A program made the position numbers and the translations under genes. 64,000 nucleotides of DNA, from positions 2,496,001 through 2,560,000 of the forward strand of contig OZ220691.1 in NCBI GenBank assembly GCA_965116475.1. The letters run 5' to 3'. Below, one piece after another: positions 13,900-28,817 of this stretch; the first letter of the stretch is position 1; every line of letters begins with the position of its first letter. The stretch comes from Gemmatimonadota bacterium (GTDB lineage Bacteria > Gemmatimonadota > Gemmatimonadetes > Palauibacterales > Palauibacteraceae). The notes below the pieces were generated by a model, which searched no databases, was not told where the DNA came from, and worked only from the letters and a program-made list of their open reading frames with translations.

Positions 13900-14910
13900 C
13901 TACCAGCTACGGCTGTGCTCGATCAGCTCCGCAACGATGTCGTCCGCGGTCTTGCCTTCGGCCTCCGCCTCGAATCCGGGAACCACGCGGTGCCGGAGCA
14001 CGGCGGGCGCCACCGCCCGTACGTCGTCGAGATTGGGGGCGGGACGACCATCGAGCGCCGCTCGCGCCTTCGCCGCCAGCACCGTGTGCTGCGACGCCCG
14101 CGGTCCGGCGCCCCAGCTCACCATGCGACGCACGAATTCCGGTGAGGAGGCCTCGCGCGGCCGGGTGGCCCGCGCCAGCCGCACCGCGTAGCCGACCACT
14201 GATTCCGAGGCCGGCACGCGCTGCACGAGCGCCTGGTATTCGAGCAGCTGGCCCGCGGTCACGACAGGGTTCACCTGGGCGGGCGGGCCGCTCGCCGCCA
14301 TGTCCGCGATGACCGACTCCTCCTCCGCCGTCGGGTATCCGATCCGAAGCTCGAACATGAAGCGGTCGAGCTGGGCCTCGGGCAGGGGATACGTCCCTTC
14401 CTGTTCGATCGGGTTCTGCGTCGCGAGGACGAAGAACGGGCGGCCGAGCGGGAATGTCTCGCTGCCCACCGTGACCTCCCCCTCCTGCATGGCTTGCAGC
14501 AGGGCTGCCTGCGTCTTGGGCGGCGTCCGGTTGATCTCGTCCGCGAGGATCACATCCGCGAAAATCGGCCCCCGCACGAAGGCGAAACGGCGTTCTCCGG
14601 TGCGCTGGTCGTCCTGGAGCACCTCCGTCCCCGTGATGTCAGAGGGCATCAGGTCCGGCGTGAACTGGATCCGGCTGAATTCCAGGTGCAGGGCTTCGGC
14701 GAGCGTCGAAACCAGCAGCGTCTTGGCCAGGCCGGGGACCCCGACCAGCAGCGCGTGTCCATCGGCGAGCAGCGTGATCAGCAGCTTCTCGACGATCTCC
14801 CGCTGCCCGATGATCCGCTTCCCGATTTCCTCCTCGATCCGGCGCCGGGCGTGGCCCAACTCCTCGAGCAGCCGAACGTCATCCGTTTCGACTTTTCGAC
14901 CGGCTTCCAA
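13900..14910 (-). CDS. MoxR-family AAA+ ATPase
   Basis: GVPGLAKT, RIQFTPDLMPSD, ADEINRTPPKTQAALL and ATQNPIEQEGTYPLPEAQLDRF. Confidence 0.95.
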   Translation of the reverse strand: MEAGRKVETDDVRLLEELGHARRRIEEEIGKRIIGQREIVEKLLITLLADGHALLVGVPGLAKTLLVSTLAEALHLEFSRIQFTPDLMPSDITGTEVLQDDQRTGERRFAFVRGPIFADVILADEINRTPPKTQAALLQAMQEGEVTVGSETFPLGRPFFVLATQNPIEQEGTYPLPEAQLDRFMFELRIGYPTAEEESVIADMAASGPPAQVNPVVTAGQLLEYQALVQRVPASESVVGYAVRLARATRPREASSPEFVRRMVSWGAGPRASQHTVLAAKARAALDGRPAPNLDDVRAVAPAVLRHRVVPGFEAEAEGKTADDIVAELIEHSRSW

Positions 14911-15052
14911 GACTCAATCGGCTCCAGGCGTGAGGGGGGCGCGGGGATGCGAGACCCGGGCGTCGGCGAGGCCATTTCGGAGTTGACCAGAGGCCTTCAA
15001 TATGGTGGCAGGAACCTAGGCCTTCAGCGCCCAGCGTCAAGCGAAACCGGCA

Positions 15053-15103
15053 TTGCGAAATTTTTCACAAGCGGTCAGATTGGGCTTGGGAAATTTTTCA
15101 CAA
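15053..15103. promoter_or_regulatory. Two tandem Rex-type operators upstream of the atp operon
   Basis: TTGCGAA-ATTT-TTCACAA (15053-15070) and TTGGGAA-ATTT-TTCACAA (15086-15103), each one mismatch from TTGTGAA-N4-TTCACAA. Confidence 0.75.
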
Positions 15104-15140
15104 GCGGTCGGCGCGGGCTCCCGGACGGAGAGGTCTTCCC

Positions 15141-15428
15141 ATGCCGCATCCGCGTCCCGGTTCGACGAACCGGCCGAAACCCGAGAAACCCAGGGGACAT
15201 GCCGGTCGCCTGCAGGCAAAGGCGGCGGGCGCCGAGTTCGCGAGTCTCGGCATTGCGATGGGTCTTGCGATCGCGCTCCTCGCGGTCGGCGGCAACTGGC
15301 TCGACGACCGTCTCGGGACCGCGCCGCTCTTCGTTCTCCTCGGCGTGTTCGCGGGGTTCGCAGGGGGGTGCTACAGCATGTACGGTCGGCTGGCGGCTCG
15401 GCGCGAAAGCTCCGGGGCTGATGAGTGA
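15141..15428 (+). CDS. AtpZ/AtpI-family small membrane protein
   Basis: Two TM segments around GNWLDDRLGTAPLF; first gene of the atp cluster; upstream GGAGAGG. Confidence 0.8.
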   Translation: MPHPRPGSTNRPKPEKPRGHAGRLQAKAAGAEFASLGIAMGLAIALLAVGGNWLDDRLGTAPLFVLLGVFAGFAGGCYSMYGRLAARRESSGADE

Positions 15429-15838
15429 AGAGTGTTCCCGCCGGCTGGATGCGGCGTACGCCGACCTATGCGCTGGCCACGTTGGGGCTGGCGGTGGCGG
15501 CGGCCGCGTGGCTGGGAGATGGAGCGCGCACGTGGGGGATCGCCGCGGCCTGGCTGATACAGGTCGTCGCGGTCTGGCCGCTGAACCGTGCGCTCCTGGC
15601 GGGACGGCGGGCGACCCGGCCCTGGCTGGGCGGGATCGGTCTCCGCATGGGAGGGATGGTGGTGACGGGCGGACTCGCATGGACGGGGTCGGCGCCGCGC
15701 GACCTGCCCATCGCATACGGACTCGCCATGCTGGTGTTGTTGTGGACGGAAGCCTTGTGGCTCGCGCTCGCGCGCACGAAGAGCAAGAAGAACAACTCGA
15801 CACGGAACGCACGACCGGATGAACCGGGTGCTCGATAG
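15425..15838 (+). CDS. ATP synthase protein I-like 4-TM protein
   Basis: Hydrophobic ORF between atpZ and atpB, overlapping both. Confidence 0.6.
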   Translation: MKSVPAGWMRRTPTYALATLGLAVAAAAWLGDGARTWGIAAAWLIQVVAVWPLNRALLAGRRATRPWLGGIGLRMGGMVVTGGLAWTGSAPRDLPIAYGLAMLVLLWTEALWLALARTKSKKNNSTRNARPDEPGAR

Positions 15839-16817
15839 ATCGATGGCCTCCCTGCGGAGTCTGACGGAGCGGGTGCAGGAGCACGCCGCTCCCGCGGCCG
15901 CGGCTGCCCAGGAACACCACGGCGAAGCCCACGCGGCGGGCGGGCACGCCGAGGAGTGGGGCACCGAAGTCATGATGCACCACGTCGTGGACTCCAACAT
16001 CTGGGAGTTCGGACCCTTCGGCGAGATCCATCTCCCGGAGTTCCCGGCCTTCAACATCGGCGGCCTCGAGATCGACCTCTCGATCACGAAGCACGTGCTG
16101 TTCCTGATGTTCGCGGCCATCTTCACGATCGTGACGATGTTCATCGCCGCGCGCTCGACCGAGCGGCTGGAGCAGGGCGAGAAGGCGCCCGGAGGTCTCC
16201 TCAACGGGATCGAAGCCTTCTATCTGTACCTGCGAGACGACATCGTGATGGCCAACATCGGCCGCGGAGGAGAGAGGTTCGTCCCCCTCGTCATCACCTT
16301 CTTCTTCTTCATCCTCTATGCGAACCTGCTCGGCCTCATCCCCTTCGGCGCGACGGCGACGGGGAACATCATGGTCACGGCCGCGCTCGCCATCATCGCA
16401 CTCGTCGTGATCGAGACGGCGGGGTTCATCGCCCTCGGCCCGCTGGGCTACGCGAAGACCGTCTTCTTCCTGCCGCCCGGGCTGCCCGGGCCGCTGAAGC
16501 CGGTCACGCTGCTCATCATGGCCCCGGTCGAACTGATCGCGAAGTTCTCGAAGATCATGGCGCTCGCGATCCGGCTGTTCGCCAACATGACGGCGGGACA
16601 CTTCGTCATCCTCGCCTTCATGGGTCTCATCCTCACCTACGGCTCGATGGTCGGTCAGGGTGCCTTCGGCACGACGGTCGGCGCCGTGACGATTCTGGGG
16701 TCCATGGGCCTCGCACTGTTCGTGATGATGCTGGAGATCTTCATCGCGCTTCTTCAGGCGTACATCTTCGCGATGCTGGTCTCGGTGTTCATCGGGTTGA
16801 TTCGCCACGCGCACTGA
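15819..16817 (+). CDS. atpB: F0 subunit a
   Basis: NLLGLIP, LAIRLFANMTAGH and LQAYIFAML; His-rich N-terminus. Confidence 0.96.
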   Translation: MNRVLDRSMASLRSLTERVQEHAAPAAAAAQEHHGEAHAAGGHAEEWGTEVMMHHVVDSNIWEFGPFGEIHLPEFPAFNIGGLEIDLSITKHVLFLMFAAIFTIVTMFIAARSTERLEQGEKAPGGLLNGIEAFYLYLRDDIVMANIGRGGERFVPLVITFFFFILYANLLGLIPFGATATGNIMVTAALAIIALVVIETAGFIALGPLGYAKTVFFLPPGLPGPLKPVTLLIMAPVELIAKFSKIMALAIRLFANMTAGHFVILAFMGLILTYGSMVGQGAFGTTVGAVTILGSMGLALFVMMLEIFIALLQAYIFAMLVSVFIGLIRHAH

Positions 16818-16916
16818 CCCGGAAGGGTCCGCGGGCAACTTCCGCGCCGGGGAGGCGCGGACGGAACGGGGGGTGTCGTCCGAACCCCCGACTGAGAAAG
16901 GAAACTGGAGCAAACG

Positions 16917-17180
16917 ATGCTGAACATGTTGACGCTGCTGCAGGGCATGTCGACGGGAGATGGCCTCGCGGTCGGTCTCGCCATTGTCGGGGGCGGGCTC
17001 TCCGTGCTCGGTGCCGGTATCGGAATCGGCCTCATCGGCGGGCGCATGACGGAGGCGATGGCCCGCCAGCCCGAGGAGGCGCAGACCATCCAGACCGGCG
17101 CGATCGTGCTCGCCGTGTTCATCGAGGGTGTGGCGCTGTTCGGACTCGTGATCGCCGGCTTCATCCGCGGCGGCCTCTGA
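16917..17180 (+). CDS. atpE: F0 subunit c
   Basis: GAGIGIG, ARQPE loop and carboxylate in FIEGVALF. Confidence 0.97.
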   Translation: MLNMLTLLQGMSTGDGLAVGLAIVGGGLSVLGAGIGIGLIGGRMTEAMARQPEEAQTIQTGAIVLAVFIEGVALFGLVIAGFIRGGL

Positions 17181-17731
17181 TGCGTCTCGCCGCTCTCGGC
17201 GCGCTCTGGGGTTTCGCGGCACCGGTGAAGCTGGCCGCCCAGGCGGAGACGGGGATCTTCTCGCTCAATCTGGGGCTCGTGGTGTGGACCTGGATTCTGT
17301 TCGTGGTCACGCTCCTCGTCCTGGCGAAATGGGTCTTCCCGCTCATCGCGGGGGGGCTCGAGCAGAGGCACGCGAAGATCCAGGGCGCGATCGACGATGC
17401 CCTTTCCGCGCGCGATGAGGCGAAGGGACTGCTCTCGCAGCAGGAGGCCGCACTGGAAGCGGCCCGGGGCGAGGCGCGCGAGATGCTGGAGAACGCCCGG
17501 CAGCACGCCGACGGCCTCCGCAAGGAGATGCTGGAGGAGGCGCGGGCGCAGCAGGCGCAGATGCTCGATGACGCGCGCCGCGAGATCGGACACGAACGGG
17601 ACCTGCTGCGCGAGGAGATCCGGCGGGATGCGGTGGATCTCGCGCTGGCCGCGTCCGAGCGACTGATCCGCGCGCGGCTGGACGCCGAGGAGAATCGGCG
17701 TCTGGTGCACGAGTTCGTGTCGGACGTCTAG
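17180..17731 (+). CDS. atpF: F0 subunit b
   Basis: ATG overlaps the atpE stop; one TM (WTWILFVVTLLVL) followed by a coiled coil. Confidence 0.93.
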   Translation: MRLAALGALWGFAAPVKLAAQAETGIFSLNLGLVVWTWILFVVTLLVLAKWVFPLIAGGLEQRHAKIQGAIDDALSARDEAKGLLSQQEAALEAARGEAREMLENARQHADGLRKEMLEEARAQQAQMLDDARREIGHERDLLREEIRRDAVDLALAASERLIRARLDAEENRRLVHEFVSDV

Positions 17732-17748
17732 TCGGACGTGACGGAGCG

Positions 17749-18282
17749 ATGAGCGCATCGGCGGTGGCCCGCAACTACGCGGCGACTCTCTTCGAACTCG
17801 CGGCGCGCGATGGGAGCGAGGCGGAGTACGGGCGGCTGATCGAGGAGATCGGCGACCTGTACGCGAACGTCCCGGATTTCCAGCGCTTTCTGGAAGTGCC
17901 CGCGGTGTCGCTGTTCGAGAAGAAGGAGACGATCCAGGCGGCTCTCTCCGGAAAGGCGCCGGATCCGTTCGTCCGCTTCCTGCTCGTCATCCTGGATCGC
18001 CACCGGCAGCGGGCCCTTCCGGGGATCGCTCGCGCCTACCGCGACCTGCTCGACGAGGAGGCGGGGCGGATCCGCGCCACCGTGACGCTGCCCTTCGAGG
18101 CGGATGACCGCGTCCGGAACGAAGTGGTTTCCGCGCTGGAGCGGCGCTTCGAGCGGGAGGTCGTCCCGGAGTTCCACGAGGACCCGAGGATTCTGGGCGG
18201 CGTGATCATCCGCGTCGGCGACGAGTTGCTGGACGCCTCGCTGCGGCGGCAACTCGAGCGGATGCGGCGCGAACTGTACTGA
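17749..18282 (+). CDS. atpH: F1 subunit delta
   Basis: [10 protein letters not shown] and [21 protein letters not shown]. Confidence 0.95.
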   Translation: MSASAVARNYAATLFELAARDGSEAEYGRLIEEIGDLYANVPDFQRFLEVPAVSLFEKKETIQAALSGKAPDPFVRFLLVILDRHRQRALPGIARAYRDLLDEEAGRIRATVTLPFEADDRVRNEVVSALERRFEREVVPEFHEDPRILGGVIIRVGDELLDASLRRQLERMRRELY

Positions 18283-18343
18283 GCCGCCGGTACTGACCTG
18301 CGGCACCGAGCCGCCGGTAACGAAAAACAGAGAAGAGAAGACG

Positions 18344-19957
18344 ATGACAGGTTTCGACAGCTCCCTTCGAGCGAGCGAGATCAAGAAGGCCCTGCTCGAG
18401 CAGATCGACCGCTACGAGGAGGAACTCCGGGTCGAGGAGGTGGGCGAGGTCCTCGAGGTGAAGGACGGCGTGGCCCGCATCTGGGGGCTTTCCACGTGCG
18501 TCGCCAACGAGATGCTCGAGATCACGTCCCGCGATACCGGGGTCTCCGTGATCGGTCTCGCCTCGAACCTCGAGGAAGACAACATCGGCGCCGTGATCCT
18601 CGGCGATTACCTGGCCCTCAAGGAGGGAGATCCGGTGCGCCGCACCGGCCGCGTCCTCTCCGTGCCCGTCGGTCCGGAGATTCTCGGCCGCGTCGTGGAC
18701 ACGCTGGGGCAGCCGCGCGATGGCCGCGGGCCGATCGAGACGGTGACCTACATGAAGGTCGACCGGAAGGCGCCCGGCATCGTGTACCGCCAGCCGGTGA
18801 ACGAGCCGCTCCAGACCGGCCTCAAGGCGATCGACTCCATGATTCCGATCGGCCGCGGCCAGCGGGAACTGATCATCGGCGACCGCGGCACGGGCAAGAC
18901 GGCCGTGGCGATCGACGCCATCATCAATCAGAAGGGCGAGGACGTCGTCTGCGTCTACTGCGCGATCGGGCAGAAGGGCTCGACGGTCGCCGGCATCGTC
19001 GAGCGGCTCCGCGAGGAGGGCGCGCTCGATTACACGGTCGTGGTGGCCGCGAACGCGTCCGAGCCCGCGCCGATGCAGTTCATGGCCCCCTACGCGGCGT
19101 GCGCGATCGGCGAGTACTTCATGTACGAGGAGGGGAAAGCCGTCCTCGTCATCTACGACGACCTCACGAAGCAGGCGGACGCCTATCGCGAGGCGTCGCT
19201 CATTCTGCGGCGTCCGCCGGGGCGCGAAGCGTACCCGGGCGATGTCTTCTACCTGCACAGCCGCCTGCTCGAACGGGCGGCCAAGATCAGCAACGATCCG
19301 GAAGCGATCGCCGGACACCCGGACATCAGGAAGCCCGGCGGTTCGCTGACCGCGCTCCCGATCATCCAGACGGCGGCCGGTGACGTGTCGGCCTACATCC
19401 CGACGAACGTGATCTCGATCACCGACGGCCAGATCTTCCTCGAAACGGACCTCTTCTACTCGGGCGTGCGCCCCGCCGTGAACGTGGGAATCTCGGTCTC
19501 GCGCGTGGGCGGCAACGCGCAGATCAAGGCGATGAAGAAGGTCGCCGGACGTCTGCGGCTCGACCTGGCGCAGTTCCGGGAGATCGAGGCCTTCGCGCAG
19601 TTCGGCACGGAGCTGGACGCCGCGACGCAGCGGCAGCTGGACCGGGGCCGGCGCACCGTCGAGATCCTCAAGCAGGGCCAGTACGAGCCGATGCCGGTCG
19701 AAGAGCAGGTGATGGTGATCTTCGCGGCCACCCAGGGGTTCCTCGACGACCTGGACGTGTCGCGGATTCGGGGCTGGGAAGTCGGCTTCCTCGAGTACAT
19801 GAGCACGAATCATCCCGAAGTCGGCGAGGCGCTCCGGGACGAGCGGGTGATGTCCGACGAGACCGAGGCGGCCCTCCGCGGTGCGATCGAGTCGTACTCG
19901 GGCACCTTCGTCCACGACGGCGCCTCCCGAGGGGAAGCCGCGGACGCCGCCGCATGA
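18344..19957 (+). CDS. atpA: F1 subunit alpha
   Basis: [17 protein letters not shown] and [23 protein letters not shown]. Confidence 0.99.
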   Translation: MTGFDSSLRASEIKKALLEQIDRYEEELRVEEVGEVLEVKDGVARIWGLSTCVANEMLEITSRDTGVSVIGLASNLEEDNIGAVILGDYLALKEGDPVRRTGRVLSVPVGPEILGRVVDTLGQPRDGRGPIETVTYMKVDRKAPGIVYRQPVNEPLQTGLKAIDSMIPIGRGQRELIIGDRGTGKTAVAIDAIINQKGEDVVCVYCAIGQKGSTVAGIVERLREEGALDYTVVVAANASEPAPMQFMAPYAACAIGEYFMYEEGKAVLVIYDDLTKQADAYREASLILRRPPGREAYPGDVFYLHSRLLERAAKISNDPEAIAGHPDIRKPGGSLTALPIIQTAAGDVSAYIPTNVISITDGQIFLETDLFYSGVRPAVNVGISVSRVGGNAQIKAMKKVAGRLRLDLAQFREIEAFAQFGTELDAATQRQLDRGRRTVEILKQGQYEPMPVEEQVMVIFAATQGFLDDLDVSRIRGWEVGFLEYMSTNHPEVGEALRDERVMSDETEAALRGAIESYSGTFVHDGASRGEAADAAA

Positions 19958-20820
19958 GCAAGTCGAGGGACATCTATCGGCGGATGAAGTCCGTCGACAG
20001 CACGAAGAAGATCACGCGCACCATGGAGATGGTCGCGACCGCCAAGCTCGCGCAGGCGCAGGGGCGGGTGATCCGGGCACGTCCCTACTCGGCCGAACTG
20101 ATGGACATGATCGCCCGGCTCGCCACGCCGGATCTGGCGGAGTCCCGGCCCCTGCTGCGTCAGCCGGCCCGCATCGAACGGGCCGCGGTGGTGCTCGTGA
20201 CGAGCAATCGCGGGCTGTGCGGCGCCTTCAACGCGAACCTCATCCGCACCGCGCAGGCCCAGCTCGCCGAGCTCGGGGAAGCCGGAGCCCGGGTCGAGTT
20301 CCACGTCTACGGAAACAAGGGGATCTCGTACTTCCGGTTCCGCGGCGTGGAGATGGCGCACACGCGCAACGACCTCGGGGACCCTCCGGCGGTGGACGAC
20401 GCGCGGAGTCTGATCGACGATCTCGCGGCGCGCTTCGTGGCCGGCGAACTTGACGCCGTCCGGCTCGTCTTCGCCGAATTCCGGAACATGGTCAGCACGC
20501 CTCCGGCCGTCCGTCAGGTCCTGCCGGTCGGCGTAGGCGAGGCGCGCAAGGGTCCGCAGCCCTTCTATATCCTGGATCCCTCGGAGGAGGAAATCCTCGA
20601 TCATCTCCTGCCGCTCTACGTGACGAACTCGACGTACAGCGCGCTCCTCGAGACGGCGGCGGCGGAGCAGGCGGCCCGCCGGACGGCGATGAAGTCGGCG
20701 ACGGACAACGCCAACGAGTTCCTCGACAACCTGCGGCGGACGTACAACCGCGCCCGCCAGGCCGAAATCACGAATCAGATCGCGGAGATCATCGGCGGCG
20801 CGGACGCGTTGGACGGATAG
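19954..20820 (+). CDS. atpG: F1 subunit gamma
   Basis: [27 protein letters not shown] and NRARQAEIT. Confidence 0.98.
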   Translation: MSKSRDIYRRMKSVDSTKKITRTMEMVATAKLAQAQGRVIRARPYSAELMDMIARLATPDLAESRPLLRQPARIERAAVVLVTSNRGLCGAFNANLIRTAQAQLAELGEAGARVEFHVYGNKGISYFRFRGVEMAHTRNDLGDPPAVDDARSLIDDLAARFVAGELDAVRLVFAEFRNMVSTPPAVRQVLPVGVGEARKGPQPFYILDPSEEEILDHLLPLYVTNSTYSALLETAAAEQAARRTAMKSATDNANEFLDNLRRTYNRARQAEITNQIAEIIGGADALDG

Positions 20821-20888
20821 CGGCCGGATAGCGGACGAACAGCGTACGGGGCGGCGGCGCCCCCGAGAACCGATAGCCATGAGGCTGA

Positions 20889-22612
<1,724 letters not shown>

Positions 22613-22637
22613 CCCCACGAGGGTCCGCGGGAGGTGC

Positions 22638-22721
22638 TTGACGGTTCTCCGGACGGACCCTATTTTACCCGTCTTCCCTGCGAGCGCCTTCGGGCGTCTT
22701 GCGGGTCCGCTTTTTTGACAA
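22638..22721 (+). promoter_or_regulatory. Sigma70-type rRNA promoter and boxA-like antiterminator
   Basis: TTGACG-17 nt-TATTTT (22638-22666) and GCTTTTTTGACAA (22709-22721), directly upstream of 23S. Confidence 0.75.
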
Positions 22722-22787
22722 TCTGGTAGCGAGTGAGAGTGCTGGGCGCCGAGTGCGTCTGAGGTGCTTGATGCCGTCAACGAAGAT

Positions 22788-25812
<3,025 letters not shown>

Positions 25813-25889
25813 ATATCTTCATATGAGGTCGATTAGCGCTTCAGCGCGCTCGACCGCCCTGCACTCGACTCGTTAGCCGGATCCCGGAT

Positions 25890-26007
25890 TGCCGGCGGCT
25901 TTAGCGAGGGGGAAACACCTGGTCCCATCCCGAACCCAGCAGTTAAGCCCCTCAGCGCCGATGGTACTTGGGCGGGGACGCCCTGGGAGAGTAGGTCGCT
26001 GCCGGCG
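25890..26007 (+). rRNA. rrf: 5S ribosomal RNA
   Basis: Terminal GCCGGC helix, CCCATCCCGAAC, GTTAAG, GCCGATGGTACT and GGGAGAGTAGG. Confidence 0.97.
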
Positions 26008-26016
26008 ACTTTTTTG

Positions 26017-26057
26017 AGAAAACGCCTCGTGTCCGTTGCGGATGCGAGGCGTTTTCT
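26017..26057. terminator. Intrinsic (probably bidirectional) terminator after 5S
   Basis: AGAAAACGCCTCG...CGAGGCGTTTTCT hairpin between rrf and the convergent thiE. Confidence 0.85.
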
Positions 26058-26105
26058 GCATCGGGGTGGGGGTGGGCGAGGGGAGGGTGGGCGTTCACCA
26101 GCCAG

Positions 26106-26762
26106 CTAGCGCCCATACCTCGCTCCTCCGCCGGCGATACGCATCAGTTCCCGCACGACCGCCGCCGGGTCGGAGGCGGACATCACGGCGGAAAGGACGG
26201 CGATGCCGGCGCCGGTCTCAAGCACCCCGGAGGCGTTTGTGGGAGTGATGCCGCCGATGCCGAGACAGGGGAGGCGGCTGGCCTGCCGGACGAGCCGGAC
26301 CCGCTCGGGGCCGATCGCTTCGTCCGTGAGGCCGGGCTTGGAGCGCGTGCCGAACACGGCTCCGACCCCCAGATAATCCGCCCCCGCAGCCGCGGCGCGG
26401 CGGGCTTGCTCGGGATCATCGGTGGAATACCCGATGAGAAAATCGGGCGGGACGATGTCGCGGGCCGCGGAGACGGTAAGATCGTCCGGGCCGAGATGGA
26501 CGCCGTCCGCGCCGGCGGCGAGGGCGACATCGAGACGATCGTTCACGATCAGCGTGGCGCCGGCCGATGTCGTGATCGCGCGGAGGCGCTCCGCTGTCGA
26601 GGCGAGCGCGCGGCCGTCGGCGGCCTTGTCCCGGAACTGAATCGCGGGCGCTCCGGCGTCCACGCATTCGGCCACGACCTGCTCGAGCGGACGGCCGCAG
26701 GCGGGCTGCGGGTGGGTGATCACCATGAGAGGCCAGCCATCCCACGCGGGCGAGCCGGGCAT
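26106..26762 (-). CDS. thiE: Thiamine-phosphate synthase
   Basis: IQFRDK, IVNDRLDVA, GADGVHLGPDD, GADYLGVG and GIGGI. Confidence 0.93.
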   Translation of the reverse strand: MPGSPAWDGWPLMVITHPQPACGRPLEQVVAECVDAGAPAIQFRDKAADGRALASTAERLRAITTSAGATLIVNDRLDVALAAGADGVHLGPDDLTVSAARDIVPPDFLIGYSTDDPEQARRAAAAGADYLGVGAVFGTRSKPGLTDEAIGPERVRLVRQASRLPCLGIGGITPTNASGVLETGAGIAVLSAVMSASDPAAVVRELMRIAGGGARYGR

Positions 26763-26775
26763 GGTCCCTTTCGTC

Positions 26776-27807
26776 CTAGCGTTCCGCCGACTCGCGGGCG
26801 AGGCGTATACGGTTTCTCGCGTTGTTGTGCTCGCGCAGAGTGCGGGTGAATTCGTGCGAGCCGTCGTTTCGCGCCACGAAGAAGATGTACTCGTGGTCGG
26901 CGGGGTGGAGGGCGGCCCGCAGCGATGCCGCTCCCGGCGAAGCTATGGGCCCGGGCGGCAAACCCGGCTGCGTGTAGGTGTTGTAGGGGTGATCCGCGAC
27001 CGAGTCGATGTCACGGTAGAGCAGACGGGCCCGCGGCTCGCCGAGGGCGTACTGCACCGTGGGATCCGCCTGCAGCAGCATGTCGCGCTGAAGGCGGTTC
27101 CAGTAAACCCCCGCGACCACCGGACGCTCCTCGTCCCACCGGACCTCCTTCTCGACAATGCTCGCGAGCGTCACGACCTCTCGCTCGTCGAGACCGAGTG
27201 CGGCGGCCCGGGCGCGCTCCTCGGCTCCCCAGAAACCCCTGTATCGTCCGACGATCGCCTGGACGATGACCGGGATTCCGACACCATCGGCGAATCGATA
27301 CGTCTCCGGGAACAGATATCCCTCCAGCGTGGGGCCCGGCACGTCCAGCTCGCCAACCCGCTCCGGATCCGTGAGATAGGCCAGGACGGCCGCGGTCGAA
27401 TCGCCGACGTAGGCGGCGAGGCGTTCCGCCACCTGCGGGAGCCGAAGACCCTCCGGGATTGTGAGCGGCGTCGTCACGACAGCCCCGGTACCGAGCACCC
27501 CCAGCAGGTACGGGTACGGGGCGCCGCGCGGAATCTCGTACCGACCGGCCTTCAGTTGCCGTCCCTGACCCTTCAGGCGCACGTACGCGTCGAAGATTCG
27601 GGGATGGAAGATCAGTTCCTGCACCCGGAGTGCCTCCGCGACCTCCAGCGATGCGGCGCCATCCGGGATGAGAACCTCGACGACCGACCCATCCGGAATG
27701 CCGCGGCCCCGGAACTCGGCGGAAAAGAACCCGTAGGCCACGGGGGCGAAGGCGACGAGGGCGGCGAGGAGCAGGCGAACGCCCGTCCCCTTCGGCAGGC
27801 GTCTCAT
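26776..27807 (-). CDS. mltG: Endolytic transglycosylase MltG
   Basis: N-terminal TM; LEGYLFPETY, LASIVEKE, LQADPTV and YNTYTQPGLPPGPIASPG. Confidence 0.95.
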   Translation of the reverse strand: MRRLPKGTGVRLLLAALVAFAPVAYGFFSAEFRGRGIPDGSVVEVLIPDGAASLEVAEALRVQELIFHPRIFDAYVRLKGQGRQLKAGRYEIPRGAPYPYLLGVLGTGAVVTTPLTIPEGLRLPQVAERLAAYVGDSTAAVLAYLTDPERVGELDVPGPTLEGYLFPETYRFADGVGIPVIVQAIVGRYRGFWGAEERARAAALGLDEREVVTLASIVEKEVRWDEERPVVAGVYWNRLQRDMLLQADPTVQYALGEPRARLLYRDIDSVADHPYNTYTQPGLPPGPIASPGAASLRAALHPADHEYIFFVARNDGSHEFTRTLREHNNARNRIRLARESAER

Positions 27808-28268
27808 GGGCCGCGGGCGACCTCCGCACCGGTGGGGAGGCTGCGCAGATAGGCGGACAGCATCAGCGCCGCGGCCATTTCGTCCGTCCGGCCCTTCCGC
27901 CGCCGCCGGCCTCGAGGCGGATCCATGCTGAGGATCTCCTTTTCCGCCCTGGCCGTCGACAGCCGCTCGTCCCACTCGATGGTTCGCACTCCCGTCGCTC
28001 CCTCCAGGGCCTGGGCGAAGGCCCGCGCCTCCGCGGCCATCTCGCCCGCGCTCCCATCCATCGAGAACGGGATACCCACAAGGATGGCGGCGGGGTCCAA
28101 TTCCGCCACGAGTTCCGTCAGCGCGACCGGGATTGCGCCCGCCGGCGCCCGTCGGTTCGATCTCTCCACCACACCGTGAGGCGCCGCGATCGTCCGCGTG
28201 GGATCCGTGACCGCCACCCCGATGCGCCGTCGGCCGTAGTCGAGCGCCATCAAACGGCCGCGTGGCAT
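27804..28268 (-). CDS. ruvX: YqgF/RuvX pre-16S rRNA nuclease family protein
   Basis: ALDYGRRRIGVA, VGIP, WDERLST and DEMAAALML. Confidence 0.93.
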   Translation of the reverse strand: MPRGRLMALDYGRRRIGVAVTDPTRTIAAPHGVVERSNRRAPAGAIPVALTELVAELDPAAILVGIPFSMDGSAGEMAAEARAFAQALEGATGVRTIEWDERLSTARAEKEILSMDPPRGRRRRKGRTDEMAAALMLSAYLRSLPTGAEVARGP

Positions 28269-28270
28269 GC

Positions 28271-28768
28271 TCAGTGCGCCTGGCCCGCGGACCCCGATTG
28301 GCCGTCGGCAAGCACCCGTTGGATCGTCTCCGCGGATCCGAACAGGAACCAGCATGGCTCCGTCCCGCCGCCGCATTGCACCTCGGCGACCTCTACCGGG
28401 CGGTCCGCCAGGCGGCTCAGCACGCCTCGCAACAGCGCCGTCGCGAAGTGACAGTGAACGTTCCCGGCCGCCGTGGCCTCCGGCGAGTCACGCCAGGCGA
28501 TGGCGGCGGATGCTGCGCCCCCCGGCCTGAACGATATCGACCCGAGGCCCGCCTTCCGGAGTATCTCGTCCAGGAAAGCCCAGAACTCCGCCGCGGCGAG
28601 TGCGTCCGGAGCGTCGCCGAGCAGGGCGACGGCCTCCGCGCCGGTACGGTCCCCCGCCTCGTTCAGCGCCGCAATGCCGGCATCGCCCAGGCTCGCGCAG
28701 CGGTGAAGGAGATCCGCGAGGACCGACCTCGGCAGGATCACGGCAGAGGTCTGCGTGGGGGAGATCAT
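28271..28768 (-). CDS. Small V4R-domain protein
   Basis: GLGSI, SPEA and C-terminal HCHFATALLRG...VEVAEVQCGGGTEPCWF, the V4R Cys/Glu pattern. Stop codon lies 2 nt before the ruvX start. Confidence 0.7.
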   Translation of the reverse strand: MISPTQTSAVILPRSVLADLLHRCASLGDAGIAALNEAGDRTGAEAVALLGDAPDALAAAEFWAFLDEILRKAGLGSISFRPGGAASAAIAWRDSPEATAAGNVHCHFATALLRGVLSRLADRPVEVAEVQCGGGTEPCWFLFGSAETIQRVLADGQSGSAGQAH

Positions 28769-28817
28769 CGCGAAAAAAGCTAGACAGGGGGCCGGGGCCG
28801 GACAAGGTTGCCGACTC

